Shown: positions 12,154 to 25,599 of the stretch, piece by piece
How the letters are laid out: every line of letters begins with the position of its first letter
Position numbering within the stretch: position 1 is the first letter of the stretch
Assembly (NCBI GenBank): GCA_964016885.1
Contig: OZ024740.1
Coordinates: 211,854,001 to 211,918,000 of the forward strand
Origin: Eledone cirrhosa
Lineage: Eukaryota
Direction of reading: 5' to 3'
DNA: 64,000 nt
Program-made: the position numbers and the translations under genes
Notes under the pieces: generated by a model
What the model saw: only the letters and a program-made list of their open reading frames with translations
Told to the model about the DNA's origin: nothing
The model's database searches: none

Positions 12154-12201
12154 AAAGGATAACAAGGACGATTGGTTACTCCTTCATTACATTTATTGCT
12201 A

Positions 12202-12287
12202 GGTGACACGCGTTTCGCCACTGATCAGCTCAAGGTTCGATCTCTATCGATCTTACCCGACTCAATAATCGGCAGCTCGACGGACCC
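12202..12287 (-). ncRNA. Degenerate hammerhead motif followed by AATAAA (PLE pLTR remnant)
   Basis: Minus strand GGT-CCGTCGA-GCTGC...GTGGC-GAAAC-GCGT-GTC-ACC. Core is mutated. Confidence 0.35.
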
Positions 12288-12700
12288 TTTAAAATGGTAT
12301 AAGAAAATGAATACATGCTATGTGATAAAGTCATAAGTTGTACAATGTGAGTTGTTTTGATTGGTGGAAAAGGATCAAAGGGATGTATTGGCTTGTAGTG
12401 TATGTGGGGTGGGTGTGATGATAAGATGTTGGTGACGGTCGCTGGCTGTGGGTTGGGGGTGGCGGATTGACTTTCGCCTGTAGTGTATGTGGGGGTGGAT
12501 GTGATGATAAGATGGTGGTGACGGTTGCTGGCTGGTGTCGATGTGACGTGGGGGTAGTGGATTGTCGGTAGACAGGTTGGCGTATATTTGTGGCTGGTTA
12601 TTGTGTGGGGTGTAGTTGTGGTGTTGTTGTTTATGGTAGTGGCGTTTGTGGTGGTGTGGTGGATGTGATGGTGGTGTCAAGTCCATGGGGAGATACATAT

Positions 12701-13020
12701 ATAACGGCGGCGAAGATTCGAAACCGAATCTGAGCTTTCCCGCCTCTGGGACAAGCCGTGGTGACTTGTTTACGCTCAAGAGACTAACCCTTGGGAGAGG
12801 CTAAACACAGGTGGAGGTGTTTACGCCTGACAGAAAATAGGTAAGAGAAATATATATATCTTTCTGACTTGTTTACGCTTGGCAAAGTTCAGAGGATATA
12901 TCTATCCTTCTAACTTCAACTCTTATAAATAGAGGGGTTGTTTACGCCTAAAATAGAAAAGCAGTGGATACAGACACGTCTCATTTACAAGCTCTCGTCA
13001 CGAAAAACCAGTCTACCACT
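12701..13020 (+). repeat. Partial copy of the LTR-like repeat at 5245
   Basis: TATAACGGCGGCGAAGATTCGAAACCG...CCAGTCTACCACTT is shared. Confidence 0.85.
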
Positions 13021-13299
13021 TGATTATGTGTTGTATGTGGTCATTTTCTTTTTTTTATTTGTAATATTATTTATACAATAGGGAATAAAATAGTGTTAAC
13101 TCGATAGTGTTAACTCGTTACGGTTGAGTCAATCACTTCAGACATGAAATACATTGTTATCGGTGAAGGAAAGATAAGATTCCAACTGGCTGCGCTCAAA
13201 GTGCACTGTGGGTTTTTTCCATTTTTAGGATTTCAATTACCGGCTAACGTCTCAATTACCGGACATGCCTGCACACCTGCTCACAGCTGCGTCAGACTA

Positions 13300-15720
13300 T
13301 AGTTATGCTGCCCGCAAGCTCATTCAATAACATTAGTTAAACGGACGTCGGAGTCGCAGCAGAAGCGTTTGCACCAGCTCCTCATATCGGAGGAATTAGG
13401 AGATAAAAAGCCGACGCAACTCCTACGGAAAATGAAGCAGCTTCTGGGTGAACATAAACTCCCGGATGAAATTTTCGAGCAACTCTTCCTCCAGCGTTTA
13501 CCTTCTGCCACACAAGTGGTACTAGCATCCACCAGGGAGTCCACCAACATAGAAGAACTTGCCGAGCTGGCAGATAAGATCATGGAGGTACCACATTCGC
13601 ACTCAACTTTAGCGAATGTGACGCCAGCCGTGCCTCCCACCAATCCTTTTCTTCAGCCCTCCAGTGCCACAAAGATGCCCGATCTACACCAGTTACTGGC
13701 ACAACAAGCAACACAGATACAGGCCTTGACGCAACAATTCAGACCTTGTCACTGGGCAACCCTGCCACACGTCGGTCCAACAGCTGAACTCGCCGATTTG
13801 GTGGTCGCTCAAGAAGTCCGAGCGCATCTTGAGATTCACCAGAAATGTGTTGGTACCACCAAAGATTCGGGAGACGAGCGCAAAAGTGCAGCCATCCCTG
13901 TTCATTTGTTTCGAAAACAAATCAGGGAAACGACACAGCCAGAAACTGAATGCGACAGACGTTTCTGGCCCTCATAACCAAAGTCGCCTATTTTTCATAC
14001 AGGATCGCGTCACAGGCACGCGTTTCCTGGTCGACACCGGTGCTGAAGTGAGCATCATCCCGGTTTCCTGCGTTCCTGGAAAAAGGAGAGAGACACCAGC
14101 CTAGCTCCAGGCGGTGAATCACTCACATATTCCGACCTACGGAGAACAGTCCCTGACACTAAATTTGGGACTACGCCGCACTTTCCAGTGGGTATTCGTC
14201 GTGGCTTAGCTGCCGACCCCTATTTTAGGAGCTGATTTTCTTCAGCACTTCTCGCTTCTAGTGGATCTGAAAAATCAACGTCTCGTTGACAACTCCACTG
14301 GTCTCGCTGTGCGCGGCATAGCCGCTAGGACAGCCACAGTCAGTCCAGTCATTTCAAGATCGATAACAACAACTCGGCACAACCACATCATCAACAAATA
14401 CCCAGACGTAGCTCGACCACTATTCAACGCTTGCCCTGTAAAACATGATGTCACACACCACATAAAAACTCACGGCCCACCTGTCGCTACATGACCTAGA
14501 AGGCTACCACCAGACCGGCTGAAGTCCGTCAAACAAGAATTTCAGCACATGCTGGATTTCGGCATCATACGTCCGTCCAGCAGCAACTGGTCCTCACCCA
14601 TACACTGTGTACCCAAGAAGTCGTCGAACGACTGGCGAATCTGTGGCGACTACCGTGCACTAAACAACTGCACCGTTCCTGACTCTTATCCAGTGCCTCA
14701 TCTACAGGACTTCTCTAGCTCGCTGCACGGGGCTCGCATATTTTCGAAGATCGATCTTGTGCGAGCTTACAATCAGACACCCGTTGAGCCCGCAGATATT
14801 CCAAAGACCGCAGTCACAACACCTTTTGGAATGTTCGAATTTCTGCGTATGCCTTTCGGTTTGCGAAATGCAGCGCAGACATTCCAGCGATTCATCGATA
14901 CAGTCACCAGGGGTCTACCTTTTGTATACGCATACATTGACGACTTACTGGTGGCCAGCAGCTCCGATGAAGTACATGAGAAACACCTGGATCTCCTATT
15001 CACACGTTTGCGTGAATATGGAATCGTTATCAACCCCAGCAAATGTGAGTTCGGAGTTGCGTCCCTTCATTTTCTGGGACACATCATTGACAAAGATGGT
15101 ATTCGCCCACTTAAGGAGAAAGTCAAATCCATCATTGATTTTCCACAACCTATATCTCTCCGCAAACTGCGAGAATTTCTTGGCCTTATAAACTTCTACA
15201 GAAGATTTATACCCCACTGTGCAGAGACAGCCCAACCACTCACAGATTTGCTGCGGCAGCGCACAACCATAAACGCAAACATCAAGCTCAGCGAAAAAGA
15301 ATGTACCGCTTTCGCTGAGTTGAATAAAATGTTGTCCGAGGCTACAATGCTGAGTTACCCTAAACCTGACGCCCCAATGTGTTTATTGACTGATGCATCC
15401 GATTTCGGAGTTGGAGGTGTGCTTCAACAACTCTCTGGCGATATTTGGTGACCTGTATCTTTTTTCTCTAAGCGATTAAAACCGCCGAAACTAAGTACAG
15501 CACATTCAGTCGTGAATTATTGGCAGCATACCTTACTGTCAAGCATTTTCGACACATGCTAGAAAGTCGTGTGTTCTCTATATACACCGACCACAAATCA
15601 CTAGTGTACGCGTTCAATGCCAAGCCTGACCGACACTCACCCAGGGAGGTCCGACATCTGGACTTCATTTCTCAGTACACTACTGATATTCGGTACATTA
15701 AGGGTGCCACCAACTCATCG
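13300..15720 (+). mobile_element. Ty3/Gypsy LTR retrotransposon gag-pol remnant (gag, protease, RT, RNase H; integrase absent)
   Basis: LGDKKPTQLLRKM (gag), FLVDTGAEVS (protease), [26 protein letters not shown] (RT), [12 protein letters not shown] and YTDHKSL (RNase H). In-frame stops. Confidence 0.93.
14549..15451 (+). pseudogene. Gypsy reverse transcriptase
   Basis: YIDD catalytic motif, [24 protein letters not shown]. Confidence 0.92.
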
Positions 15721-16374
15721 GAATATTGGAGGGTGTAATAGATGGCAATGGTATTTATAGATACATAGGAGAATCAAGTGAATGAAAACAATAACACCAA
15801 TAATAAAAGATGATAAAATAAGTATAAAGTGGTACAAATGATAAAAAAGTAAAAAATGCGGTTACTGATAATAGTAGTAGTGGTGGTGGTAGTTGAAGTT
15901 CTAATGGTGAGTAAGTGGGTGTATAAAATAGTGATGACACTAATGATAACAATAATATGAAAAGAAATACGATATGTGATGGGCGAAATGATGTTGAGTG
16001 GCCATCGTGCTAATATAGTGTATTGAGTTCATGAATTAGCGAAATAAAAATGCAAAAAATACAAAAAAATAGAGGATTAAAATAAAAAAAAAGTAAGAGA
16101 GAAGAGATAAAGAACAGGAGATAGAGAATAAAGAATAAGGATTCGAGGATGAGGCATAAAGGATAGGACTATTGATCAGAAAACAATAAATAGATAAATA
16201 GAGAATAAAAATTGAAAGCGACAGTGATGATATATGGGTGATTAAGGTCTAGAGCAAATATTTATTAAAATAACAGATTAAAGTTTAAGCAAAGAATCGC
16301 TGCTTTCACCCTTAACCGTTAAGGGTGAAACAATGATTCTTTGCTTAAACGTTAATCTGTTATTTTATTAAATA

Positions 16375-16973
16375 CTAGCAGAATGGCCCGGCGTTGCTCG
16401 GGATTTGCTCTAGGGTTCTTATATATTTGATATATATTTATCCTTATCGACCCTCGTGAAATAAATACGTTTGTTTATATTTTGTTATTGTGTACGCGAA
16501 AATATCTGTACACGAATATCTATATTAAAATAACATATTAAAGTTTAAGCAAAGAATCGCTGCTTTCACTCTTAACGGGATCTTCTGAAACTAAAAAAAT
16601 CAATCTTTGAATGCAGATGTAAATATTTCGAAAAACGTTACAACCGAAGGAAAGCAGGTAGACGATACTTTGGTTCGTGCAGACGTTCCCTGGCATAAGG
16701 ATATATATATATACACACACTATATACACATATATACACACACACATTGATCGCGTCATAATGACGTAAGGTAGACAGTCAGGCATACAGAGAGATATTA
16801 TAAGGGCGCGACATTATATCTATGTATCTATCTAAGGCATTGAAAATTTGAAGTTTTTTTGCTCAAAACACCCACGGAACCATAAGTATTACATTGTGTA
16901 AAGTTTGAAAAAACTTGGTTGGGTGGTTCTCGAGTTTTAGTGATTGGACAGACAGACATTCTCTGTTTTAGTA

Positions 16974-16980
<7 letters not shown>
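16375..16980 (-). mobile_element. Non-autonomous Helitron-like element
   Basis: Minus-strand 3' end CCCGAGCAACGCCGGG hairpin + CTAGT. The same end occurs at 18264 (-) and 24400-24428 (+). Confidence 0.65.
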
Positions 16981-17006
<26 letters not shown>

Positions 17007-17025
17007 GTGATGTGTGTGTGTGTGT

Positions 17026-17077
<52 letters not shown>

Positions 17078-17493
17078 ATCCGGGATTTAACATGATTTAA
17101 CATGTCGATTAATGGTGAAATATATTTCTAGATGTTTGATGTGTTTATTATATATATATATCTAATATATATTTGTGAAATGGGCGGTGGTTGAAATTCA
17201 AATGTGCACGGTTAAATGGTAGTAGACGTGGTCGGACTGACATGGAAATTTACACACCTATGTAAAAAGTGCCAAGGAAGCAAATAGACGAGGTTTCAAA
17301 TCTCTAACTTGAAAAATGTGGTCGCTGGGGCCCCAAAACTATCGCGTTCGGTCAGTTATTTCCCCCTGTTCTAATACTTTTGTCTTATTTACAATTTCAT
17401 CATCCTTCTACATTTAACGATCATACAGTACAGTTTTATGAAATCGATTCTGCAGTACGGTCACTGTTTTCCATCAAAAGAAATAAAACCCTC

Positions 17494-18215
17494 GGCGATA
17501 CTTGGTTTTAGTGTCCTAAATTATCATCATCGACATTCAATTATTAGCTCCACCCACTACACGATACGCCACGAAGGTAAATGTTTCGAAATAATTTTAA
17601 ACTGTATATCTCAACAATATATTGTTTAAAGAAATTTTTTTTCTGTTGTTAAAAGCTGTAAATCTGTTTTAAAAAAAATGTATTTCGCAGCAATTTTTTT
17701 TCTGTTAAAAACTGTAAATAAATATTCATGTAAAAATGAAGCATAGTGTTTCGGTTAAATACATATTTTTAAAACAGATTTACAGTTTTAAACAACAGAA
17801 AAAAAATTTCTTTAAACAATATATTGTTGCGATATACAGTTTAACATTTTTTCGAAACATTTACCTTCGTGACGTATCGTATTTCGCAGCAATTTTTTTT
17901 CTGTTAAAACTAAATAAATATTCATGTAAAAATGAAGCATAGTGTTTCGGTTAAAAACTTAAAAACTCTAAATAAATATTTATTTTGTTCAAAAAATAAA
18001 TCAAAAATCTAATTTTCTCTGTTAATATTTTAATAAATATCTATTCTAAAAATTTAATGTTTTTTCAAGTAAAAATGAAGCATGTAAGAAAATGAACATG
18101 TAAAAATCAAGTCGCAGCAGGAGCTGATGACGTGTCGTGACGTATCGTGTAGTGGGTGGAGCTAATAATTGAATGTCGATGATGATAATTTAGGACACTA
18201 AAACCAAGTATCGCC
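17494..18215. mobile_element. MITE with ~80-bp TIRs (GGCGATACTTGG...) and ~8-bp TSD
   Basis: TIRs 17494-17574 and 18136-18215. Flanks AAACCCTC / AAACCCTT. Confidence 0.8.
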
Positions 18216-18263
18216 AAACCCTTAAATTGCGAAGAAGGGACGCGTGTTTTTATTTTAATTCTA

Positions 18264-18745
18264 ACTAGCATTAAAGCCCGGCGTTGCTCGGGGTCAGTAA
18301 GTTACCAAAGTTAGGTTGCACCACCCATTTTATGGCAGCACTTTTTTGTCTGCCAGGCACTGGGTGAATAAATTGCAGACTTGGACTGCCGAAGCAGGAG
18401 CTGCGTCAGCAGTGACAATTGTAGTTTCACCTATGGATATTATCTTTGTGCAAAAAAGTGTTGAAATTTATTGTTTCACAGTACTTGCGCAACACGCGCG
18501 TAGACGATGCCAGCCGAACAACAGAGCTGCGATGGAGCTGTTCTGCATGGTTGTCTAATGTGTGTTTTCTAAATTTAAGACAGTAGGGAGGGGTGTGATA
18601 TGGGGGAGAGTTAGCTGCTGTTTCTAGCAGGTTTAGTGACCTCATAGAGGATATGTTTTCTAAATTTAAGAAAGTAGGGAGTGGTGTGATATGGGGGAGA
18701 GTTAGCTGCTGTTTCTAGCAGGTTTAGTGACCTCATTGAGGATAT
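18264..18745 (-). mobile_element. Helitron-like 3' end, with an adjacent ~87-bp tandem duplication (18572-18745)
   Basis: CTAG + CCCGGCGTTGCTCGGG hairpin. GATATGGGGGAGAGTTAGCTGCTG is duplicated. Confidence 0.5.
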
Positions 18746-19199
18746 TATTGTGTATAGTAAATGAACTGATACTCTTTCTTCCACGTTCGTTGATAGATGT
18801 TTTAAAAAAGATTTATCGGTATTTTTTTGTTGTTGTTGAATAAATTTATCTGTTGCTTTTGAATAATTGTTGTTTCGTATGAAACAAAAATTATTGTTTG
18901 TAAGTTTAATCGTATATCAGAGAAAGTTGCAGCATGTATGTAGTTATATCGAATTTTAAGGGGAGTAGAGAGAGGTAATCAGATTCTATTATAGGGGGAA
19001 AGCGTCATGTATTTAGTTTTATCGATTATTTCCGTAATTGTTGGTGAATTTGAATGAAATAAATAGTCGTTGACCTAAGTTAGACCATTTACAACATTCT
19101 TACAGACTTTGAGTTGAATTGGTTTGAAATTGTGCAAATGTATAAACATGGAACATGCACACACACACACACACACAACAACAACAATCTGCCTTTTAT

Positions 19200-20025
19200 A
19201 AATAATTGTTTCTACTTTTGGCACAAGGCCAGCAATTATCCCAATGTATTACTGGTACTTTATTTTATCGACCCCGTAAGGATGAAAGGCAAAGTTGACC
19301 TCGGCGGGATTTTATAGATAATGATACATGTTAACCACCACTAACAGTAAGAAATATTTTTCAAATTGCATATCATCGACATTGCTATTTCGCTGTTAAT
19401 AAATAACGCTTTTCACGTCGCTCCACTTCTCATTGTACGCCGTCCAGCCCCAAGTGCATATTTCTATTTTTTTTCCTGAAACTGCTTCTTTATAATAAAC
19501 TTTCAATAATATTTTTCAAATTATTAATTTAATAAAAAGTGGCCCCAGGTGCAACCGGGCTCAGCTGCTAGTATATATATATATATGTCAATCGATTTTA
19601 AACTGTAAACAATGATAGCTGACGCTATTAACGCAGGATCTCTAGCTAATATTATTGTGAATAATAATTGTGTCTGCTTTTGGCACAAGCCAACAATTAC
19701 CCCAACTGGTACCTTATTTTATCGACCGCGTAAGGCTGAAAGGCAAAGTTAACCTCGGCAGGATTTGAACTCAGAACGTAAAGGGCCATAACTCTATGCC
19801 GCAAAACATTGTGTTTGATGCTCTACCTATACTGTTAATGTGAATAATAATTGTTTCTACTTTTGGCACAAGACCATCAATTATTATTGGTACTTTATTT
19901 TATGGACCCCGTAAGGATGAAAGGCAAAGTTAACCTCGGTGGGATTTGAGCTCAAACCGTAAAGGGCCGTAACTATGCTGCAAAGCATGTTGTTCGACGC
20001 TCTACCGATACTGTCAATCCACCGG
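19200..20025 (-). mobile_element. Three minus-strand copies of the tRNA-SINE (about 19200-19315, 19665-19835, 19850-20025), with a + strand Helitron-type end at ~19540-19572
   Basis: Reverse complements of the SINE at 3300. Confidence 0.8.
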
Positions 20026-22350
20026 CAACGAGATCCATATCATATTTACCAATTTCTTTTGCAATTAATGCTGTGCGACGTACATTCGTACACTCCAACA
20101 AACAAACTTCATACTGACCCTAGGTTTCTTTTTCGGTTGATTGTGTCACAGTAGCAAGATGACGACTGGGCCCAGGCTGAGGTATCCTAGAGCACCTGCC
20201 GAGCTAGCCGTGTTCACCAGAAGATCCCAAGCCCTTTCTGCCATTTACTGACTTTATGTGAGACATTTCAATTACAGTTATGGTTACTGCCAACCCCTCA
20301 ATACGATCTTAAATAACGAGGAAAGTGTACAAGTACGTGTGCGAGATATTATTTTGAAAGTGAATGTAGCTAGCACAGTACTACCTCCATCTTTTGGTGC
20401 ATGAAGTTGCTATTCAGTGTGTCAAATAGTATGACAACACTGAATACTTAGTTCCTACTAATCATTATATATATATATGTATATATAAGTCAACTTTCCT
20501 TTCATCCTTTCGAAGTTGATTCTTCCTCTATATCTATTCTCTCTCTTCTTCTGTGAAAAAAATCGACTGCCCCTTTCATCCATTTGAGGTCGACAAAAAG
20601 AAGTACTAATTCAGTACTGGTTTTAATTCTTCCTCTGTATCCCTTTCTCACTTCTTCACTCATATCTTTTTTTCTTTGGGAGAAATCTATTGTATTCCGT
20701 CTTGGTGAGAGAATGGGTTCTACCATCATCTCATTACAAAGACGGTAAATACCATATTTTAAATCATTGCACACACGATTATATCACAACTTAAGTTTTG
20801 TTTTCATTACATTGTCAATGATAGATTCGCAGCAGGCTGTTGACTTAATAAATATATTTTAGTAGCGACCATGTTTTACTTGTTCATTCCTTGGCATTTT
20901 CTCCACAACGCTTATATATGGGACACATTTTACCTTCTTTATAATGACCCAGCAAGCCAACAACTTTACTATAAACTCTGCCACAAGGAACAACAACGAA
21001 CTGAAGCCTATTCATCCCATCACTATATTTCTATTTGTTACATTGGTGACCCTGACTTTTCCAACAGCCTTCTGATGTATTTGCTAATGTTGCATACAAC
21101 CTCACCACATTTCACTTCGAATATTTGTTGACAGTCTCAACAAATATGTCTTTTAAAAACAAAAAGAATACAAGACAAGGAGTATAAGAACCCAATCTTC
21201 TTTGACGAACAGACTTTCAAACAGTAAAAAAAATTACAAATATACTCTGAACTCATGTTCTTTCCCCCACAACTTATTGGCATCATTACAACAAAAATTC
21301 CGACCAATGGCTGCGACAGCAGGCTCATTAAAAAAAGCGCAAACGTGGTATTATTCTATCTAGTATATACTTGCTAATTATGCCTATATCAGATTTTGAT
21401 GGACGTATTAATCGTAGCGTCGGTTTCGAAGTTGCATTTATGATCCTTCAGATTAAAAGTGGGTTTACGAGGGGTTAGAGGTTCGGTTCTATCAGATATT
21501 TTAAGTTTTTTTACTATGTTAAGTCTTTCCTTGTTAATGTTATTGAGTGTAGACTCTGTAGTTTTCTTGTATTTTTTATGTAATTCTCGACATATAAAGT
21601 TGTTGTATGTATTAAGGCTCGTGGTGTTTTGTCTGCCTTTACTATAATACCGTTGGTGTTACGCAATTGTTTTAGTAGTGCATTGATGTTATTTTGTAGC
21701 TTGTTATGATGTGTTAGTTTTTTTAATTTAGTTTCTTTTCTTTCACTTTCTATCTTTCTATTTCTCTCCCTAAATTTATTTCATCTCTTGCATTTTATCT
21801 TATTTTATCTTATATTATTTTCACTTCTAATAGAACTTGCAATTAATTAATCAAATAATAAATTAATTATTTAATTAATTTATTAAAATAACCAATGCAC
21901 ACATAAATATATTTAACATTTTCATGTTTATACCTTCGTATCTCTATATTTTAACCACCAACACCACAGCTACACTCAATCATTTTACTATATTTACTAC
22001 TGTTCTTCGCACATATAAACATTTTTTATTTATTTATTTTCATATTTTGTATTGTGTTGTATCATCCTCGATGTAAATTGTTTATTAGCACTTATTTATT
22101 AGCATTTATTCATTTATTGTTATCATTATTTTCGCTTTATTTTTATTTACCTTTATTTCTTCTCTATCCTTTTCTCTCCACTTTCTCTCCTCTTCTCTCT
22201 CAGTCTTTTTTTCTCTATATCTTTCTCTGTCTTCCTTTCTCCTTTTTCTTTTTTCTTTCTTTCTTCTCTCTATCTCTCTTTCTTTTTTGTTTTTCTATCT
22301 TTATTATTAATATTATTAATGATGCTGTAATTTGAATTCTGAACATATAA

Positions 22351-22463
22351 CAGTTATCTCCGATGATCTGGTTAAGCTAACAACGTATTTAAAATTGAGT
22401 GATACTGCTTCAAGTGTTCAGCAATTTCTAGATAACTTAATCAGTGAAACAATTGTCAGACTG
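22351..22463 (+). ncRNA. Type I hammerhead candidate with CCGATGA core and long stem II
   Basis: CAGT..TCT-CCGATGA-tCTGGTTAAG...CTTAATCAGt-GAAAC-AATT-GTC-AGACTG, then AATAAA. Confidence 0.55.
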
Positions 22464-22511
22464 TAAATAAAACCCTTTTTGTACTATTGACCATGTTATT
22501 CTTCATTTTTT

Positions 22512-22560
<49 letters not shown>

Positions 22561-22563
<3 letters not shown>

Positions 22564-22850
22564 AAAAAGATGAAATCAAAAATGCAACTGGAGTCTTATT
22601 TAAAAAAAAAATATATATATTTATTTGGTTCCTTTACCGGTTTCGCAGTTCTTCTGCTTTTCAAAAGTAGAGTTGAGATGGAGGGTCTGTGGTTTTTCTC
22701 ACATCAGATGTGAGAAAAACCACAGACCCTCCATCTCAACTCTACTTTTGAAAAGCAGAAGAACTGCGAAACCGGTAAAGGAACCAAATAAATATATATA
22801 TATTTTTTTAAATAAGACTCCAGTTGCATTTTCGATTTCATCTTTTTTTC
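22561..22850. repeat. Near-perfect 290-bp palindrome (arms ~145 bp, 1-nt spacer at 22706)
   Basis: Directly visible: ...TTTCTCACATC-A-GATGTGAGAAA... Confidence 0.95.
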
Positions 22851-22973
22851 TTTATACTTTCACTTGTGTAGGACACCTCGGTTATTTTTCATTTTGTAAA
22901 AAATCCCTCACTTTCTAATATAAATATAAATTGTTCCGATGCATCACTGATTCTTCGTTTTCCATATTATATA

Positions 22974-23034
<61 letters not shown>

Positions 23035-23059
23035 ATAATAATAAAATTGAAGACTAAAA

Positions 23060-24428
23060 TCCAAAGAGGGCTCGATAAGGAAAATATATATCAAATATAT
23101 AAGAACCGAAGAGCAAATATTTATTAAGATAACAGATTAAAGTTTAAGCAAAGAATCGCTGCTTTCACCCTTAACGGGATCTTCTGAAACTAACAAAGTC
23201 AATCTGTAAACGCAGAACTGGATATTTCAAAAAACGTTGCAACCGGAGGAAGACAGGAAGACGATACTTTGGTTCATGGTGACGTTCGCTGGCAAAGAAC
23301 GGGAAAAAACGAATAATACGTCATTAATAGGAGCGGTGAAAAACAATTACGCGCAAAGACAGAACCACGTTTATGGTATAAAAGAGGTCGTAGACTAATG
23401 TTCTCTAAGTGGTGCATAGAGACGTTCTCTGGCAATGAACGAAAAAACGAAGATAATAAGTCATATGTGGAGCGTGGAGAACAATAGCACGCAAAGACAG
23501 AACCACGTAAATGGTATAGCAGAAGTTGTAGACTAAAATTCTAACTAGGAGACCGAATGAATCTCCGCTACAGAGTTAAGAACAAAGTAAATAAATACAA
23601 TACAGAAGTAATAGAAACAAATAAATACATACACGCAAACAGATACGTACATACACAAGCATACGCAAAACCTTACCATAGGTATACAAAACCACGCACA
23701 TATAAATATGTGTATGTGTGTATGCTTGTGTACAAATAAATAAATAATTATATAAACGTATATAAGTAAATAAATACGTATATAACAAGCGCACACACAT
23801 ACCTACAAATAAATACATGAAGGTTCGGGGACGTAAGTCAACTAAAACAAGAAGTACACATATACACACACCCACCATACGTACGAACCTGCATACTCAC
23901 GCAGACGCAAAACTCCCATATACACATAACCAAACCCTAAATACCAGAATATGTAAAAATTATACGCCATAACAGTCAAATATACGTACGAGAAGGTATA
24001 CATACCTTCACAAAACATACGGGTAATATATACTTACCTATGCAAATAAGTAAAGGAATAAACAAAACATATACAAAACAGCACTGTACTGCCTTTGTAT
24101 GCTACAACGCTTTAAAAGTTCGGCGAGTTCATTACTTCGTAAGTTATTGATATTTATTTTTTTATTACGACGGTTAGCAAACTTTCCCTATTAAACGTTT
24201 AAATTAATTTTACGGTCTTATAAGGCTGAATTTACTTTAATTCGGGTTATCGTTATGTTTTCTTAACTTCATAAGGCATATTGTTGGTTGAGGGAATATT
24301 AATCAAAAACACCACATGCAAGTCTGCACAGTAGACACTACAGTTTTTAAGCCAAAAAAGAAACTTAACATTGTAACTTTAACACAGCTACTGAGCGACC
24401 CCGAGCAACGCCGGGCTTTACTGCTAGT
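23060..24428 (+). mobile_element. Helitron-like non-autonomous element
   Basis: Shares blocks with 16250-16690. Ends CCCGAGCAACGCCGGG-CTTTACTGCTAGT. Confidence 0.55.
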
Positions 24429-24629
24429 ATATGATATTAGTAAGATATATGCATGTGTATGCGCGAATGTTTGTCTGCGTGTGCATGTATATAAGTTTAT
24501 GTAATGAAAGATGCGTGCGAATATGTATATAATAAAACGGGGAAAATATGTGTGCGATATATGTATGTGTGTGTCTAAGTGTGTGCCTAGTAAGGACATA
24601 GATTTAATTTGAAAGAAAGAAAGAATGAA

Positions 24630-25460
24630 ACTGGCCGCTGGGATGTTGGAATACAGGCTTTTATATTAGCCATTCTGGTGAATTTCTTTCCATTTGATTA
24701 TTGATCCTAGGTTTTAATTGCTTGATTAAGAGGGCTTCCTTATTTGTCAACGTGCTTATACTGCGTTCGGTAGCTAAGATTGTGGTAGTAATGTTGTCCA
24801 GAGTGAGCTACTTTGATATTGATGCCATCTCTTCTTATGGTTTTTACATATGGCGTTGGTGGTTTCCTAGCTGAGATGTGGGAGCTTGAAGAAGCAACTG
24901 TTGTTTGTGTTGGTCCGGTCTCTAGGTCTGGGATTTCATCGTGGGCTGGAGAAGGAAGCTGGGTAGCCGTTAAACTAGTACCTTGTGGAATCGTCTGATA
25001 TGGGTGGCTCTATTAGCAGCATCACTACATCGGTTGCGTATGCAAGTCATTTCGTTGAAGATGTACCCTCTTTTAGAGCTGTTGGGGAGGGCAGATTTGT
25101 AATGAACAAACATGTCCCTGCTGGCAGCTTTGAGGTAGAAATCGGTGTGGATTTCACCGCTGTCAGAGATGTTCAGTCTGAAATCAAGTAGAGCGAGGGA
25201 CCCGGAGTCGGTAGGATGTTCGATGGTGAACTTAATGTTATTGTCAGTATTGTTGAAAGATTCGAAAATCTTGTCATTCTCCTTGTTGGATGTGAGGATG
25301 AGTATATCATCCACATATCTAGTGAAGAAAGCGCAGGTGTCGCAGGAGCTGAATACTCGGCGTTCAAGCCTGTTCATATATGAAATAGCCAGTAAACCTG
25401 AGAGGCTGGATCCCATGAGTAGTCCAGAGGTCTGTCGGTAGATTTGTCTCACTGCAAGAG
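24630..25460 (-). mobile_element. Penelope-like RT fragment
   Basis: YRQTSGLLMGSSLSGLLA, TRYVDDILI, IKFTIE, LLDF in ORF 24970..25692. Confidence 0.85.
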
Positions 25461-25599
25461 AACAGATCGCGGGTGGCGGATAGCGATACAGCCACCAGAT
25501 ATGATGGCTAGTTTCGACATAAGCGGGCAACTGCCAGACGAATAAGCAACCTCGGACCAGCAGCGGTAAACTAATTGAGGAGATGGAGCAATGGGTGAC

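Noticed and set aside
12701-13020. LTR-like repeat as the 5' LTR of the adjacent Gypsy remnant
   Set aside because: Truncated, no PBS seen, and no matching 3' LTR after 15720
14960-14990. CCGATGA...GAAAC motif
   Set aside because: Lies inside Gypsy RT coding sequence with no supporting stems
20490-21330. Cys-containing minus-strand ORF pieces that might be a decayed RING/zinc-finger gene
   Set aside because: Fragmented, with no complete motif and no exon structure I can support
21395-21460. Minus-strand CTGAAGG...GAAAC hammerhead-like motif
   Set aside because: Core mutated and stems II/III do not pair convincingly
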